DNA of 64,000 bases from NCBI GenBank assembly GCA_951406725.2, contig OX597818.1, forward strand, positions 60,636,001-60,700,000, given 5' to 3'. The translations under genes were made by a program, and so were the position numbers. Source of the stretch: Octopus vulgaris. Lineage: Eukaryota. A model generated the notes under the pieces. That model was not told the origin of the DNA. It did not search any database and saw nothing but the letters and a program-made list of their open reading frames with translations. Shown here piece by piece: positions 63,413 through 64,000 of the stretch; position 1 is the stretch's first letter; each line of letters begins with the position of its first letter.

Positions 63413-63416
<4 letters not shown>
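63215..63416. mobile_element. PLE-type fold-back element: 132-bp palindrome plus 3' tail, (TA)n-flanked
   Basis: 63215-63346 is a palindrome centred on AAG|CTT (63280/63281) with one mismatch. Confidence 0.85.
63279..63329 (+). ncRNA. Canonical type I hammerhead ribozyme (mirror copy on the minus strand at 63232-63282)
   Basis: AGCTTC-CTGAAGA-T-TTC/TCTT/GAA-T-GAA-ACAG/TTCTAGTC/CTGT-A-GAAGCT: 6-bp stem I, true stem-loop III, GUA triplet. Confidence 0.85.
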
Positions 63417-63470
<54 letters not shown>

Positions 63471-63507
63471 TGCATATATATACAAATATATATATATATA
63501 TTTGTAT

Positions 63508-63540
<33 letters not shown>

Positions 63541-64000
63541 CATGCATATGCATCTGTACACACACATATATGCATGACAGGCTTCTTTCAGTTTCCGTCT
63601 ATCAAATCCACACACAAGAGTTAGGCAGACTGGAGGCATTACTAGAAGACACTTTCACAGTGTGCCACATAGCAGAACTGATCCTGAAACTCTATGCTTG
63701 GGGAGAAAACTTCATGCCATAAAGCTAGGCCAACCGTTGGGCTGCTCTGGTTCCTATTAGTATTTTGAATACGATGACTTGGTCACCTTTGACCACTGCT
63801 CTATTCAATAAGGCCGAACCGGAGCTAAACCATAAAATCAACAACCAAAGAATCGCGTTCCGTCTTACAAGTGGCTTACACTTGTCATCGACATCGTTTC
63901 AATGGGAAAGTTGTTGAGAGATGTGTTGTAAGAATCTAACAGTTTCATCTATTGAAAGAAGTCATTAACACTTAATAAAGCTACTTCCTGAATGGGATTC

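Overview
Repeat-dominated, AT-rich eukaryotic DNA, most consistent with an octopus (Octopus-like cephalopod) intergenic or intronic region. No intact protein-coding gene is visible; nearly all ORFs in the track are read-through of microsatellites or SINEs. The window holds dozens of copies of three tRNA-derived SINE families. It also holds fragments of CR1-group, RTE, R4/Dong-like and Tx1/L1-type LINEs, Penelope-like element (PLE) RT and GIY-YIG remnants, hAT, Mutator-like and pogo/mariner MITEs, a non-autonomous Helitron, and many microsatellites. The main hidden signal is about 15 type-I hammerhead ribozyme (HHR) motifs in roughly ten sequence-unrelated, short non-coding elements. Most sit in or next to (TA)n microsatellites and show PLE-style partial-tandem or fold-back architecture. 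Three stand out: a 362-nt retrozyme-like unit whose insertion starts at the predicted self-cleavage site (2303-2883), a tRNA-headed SINE fused to an HHR-bearing PLE-type tail (30241-30518), and a 132-bp palindrome of two back-to-back HHRs (63215-63346). All structures were read by eye. Ribozyme activity and family names need computational or experimental confirmation, and repeat boundaries are approximate unless a target-site duplication (TSD) or terminal inverted repeat (TIR) is quoted.
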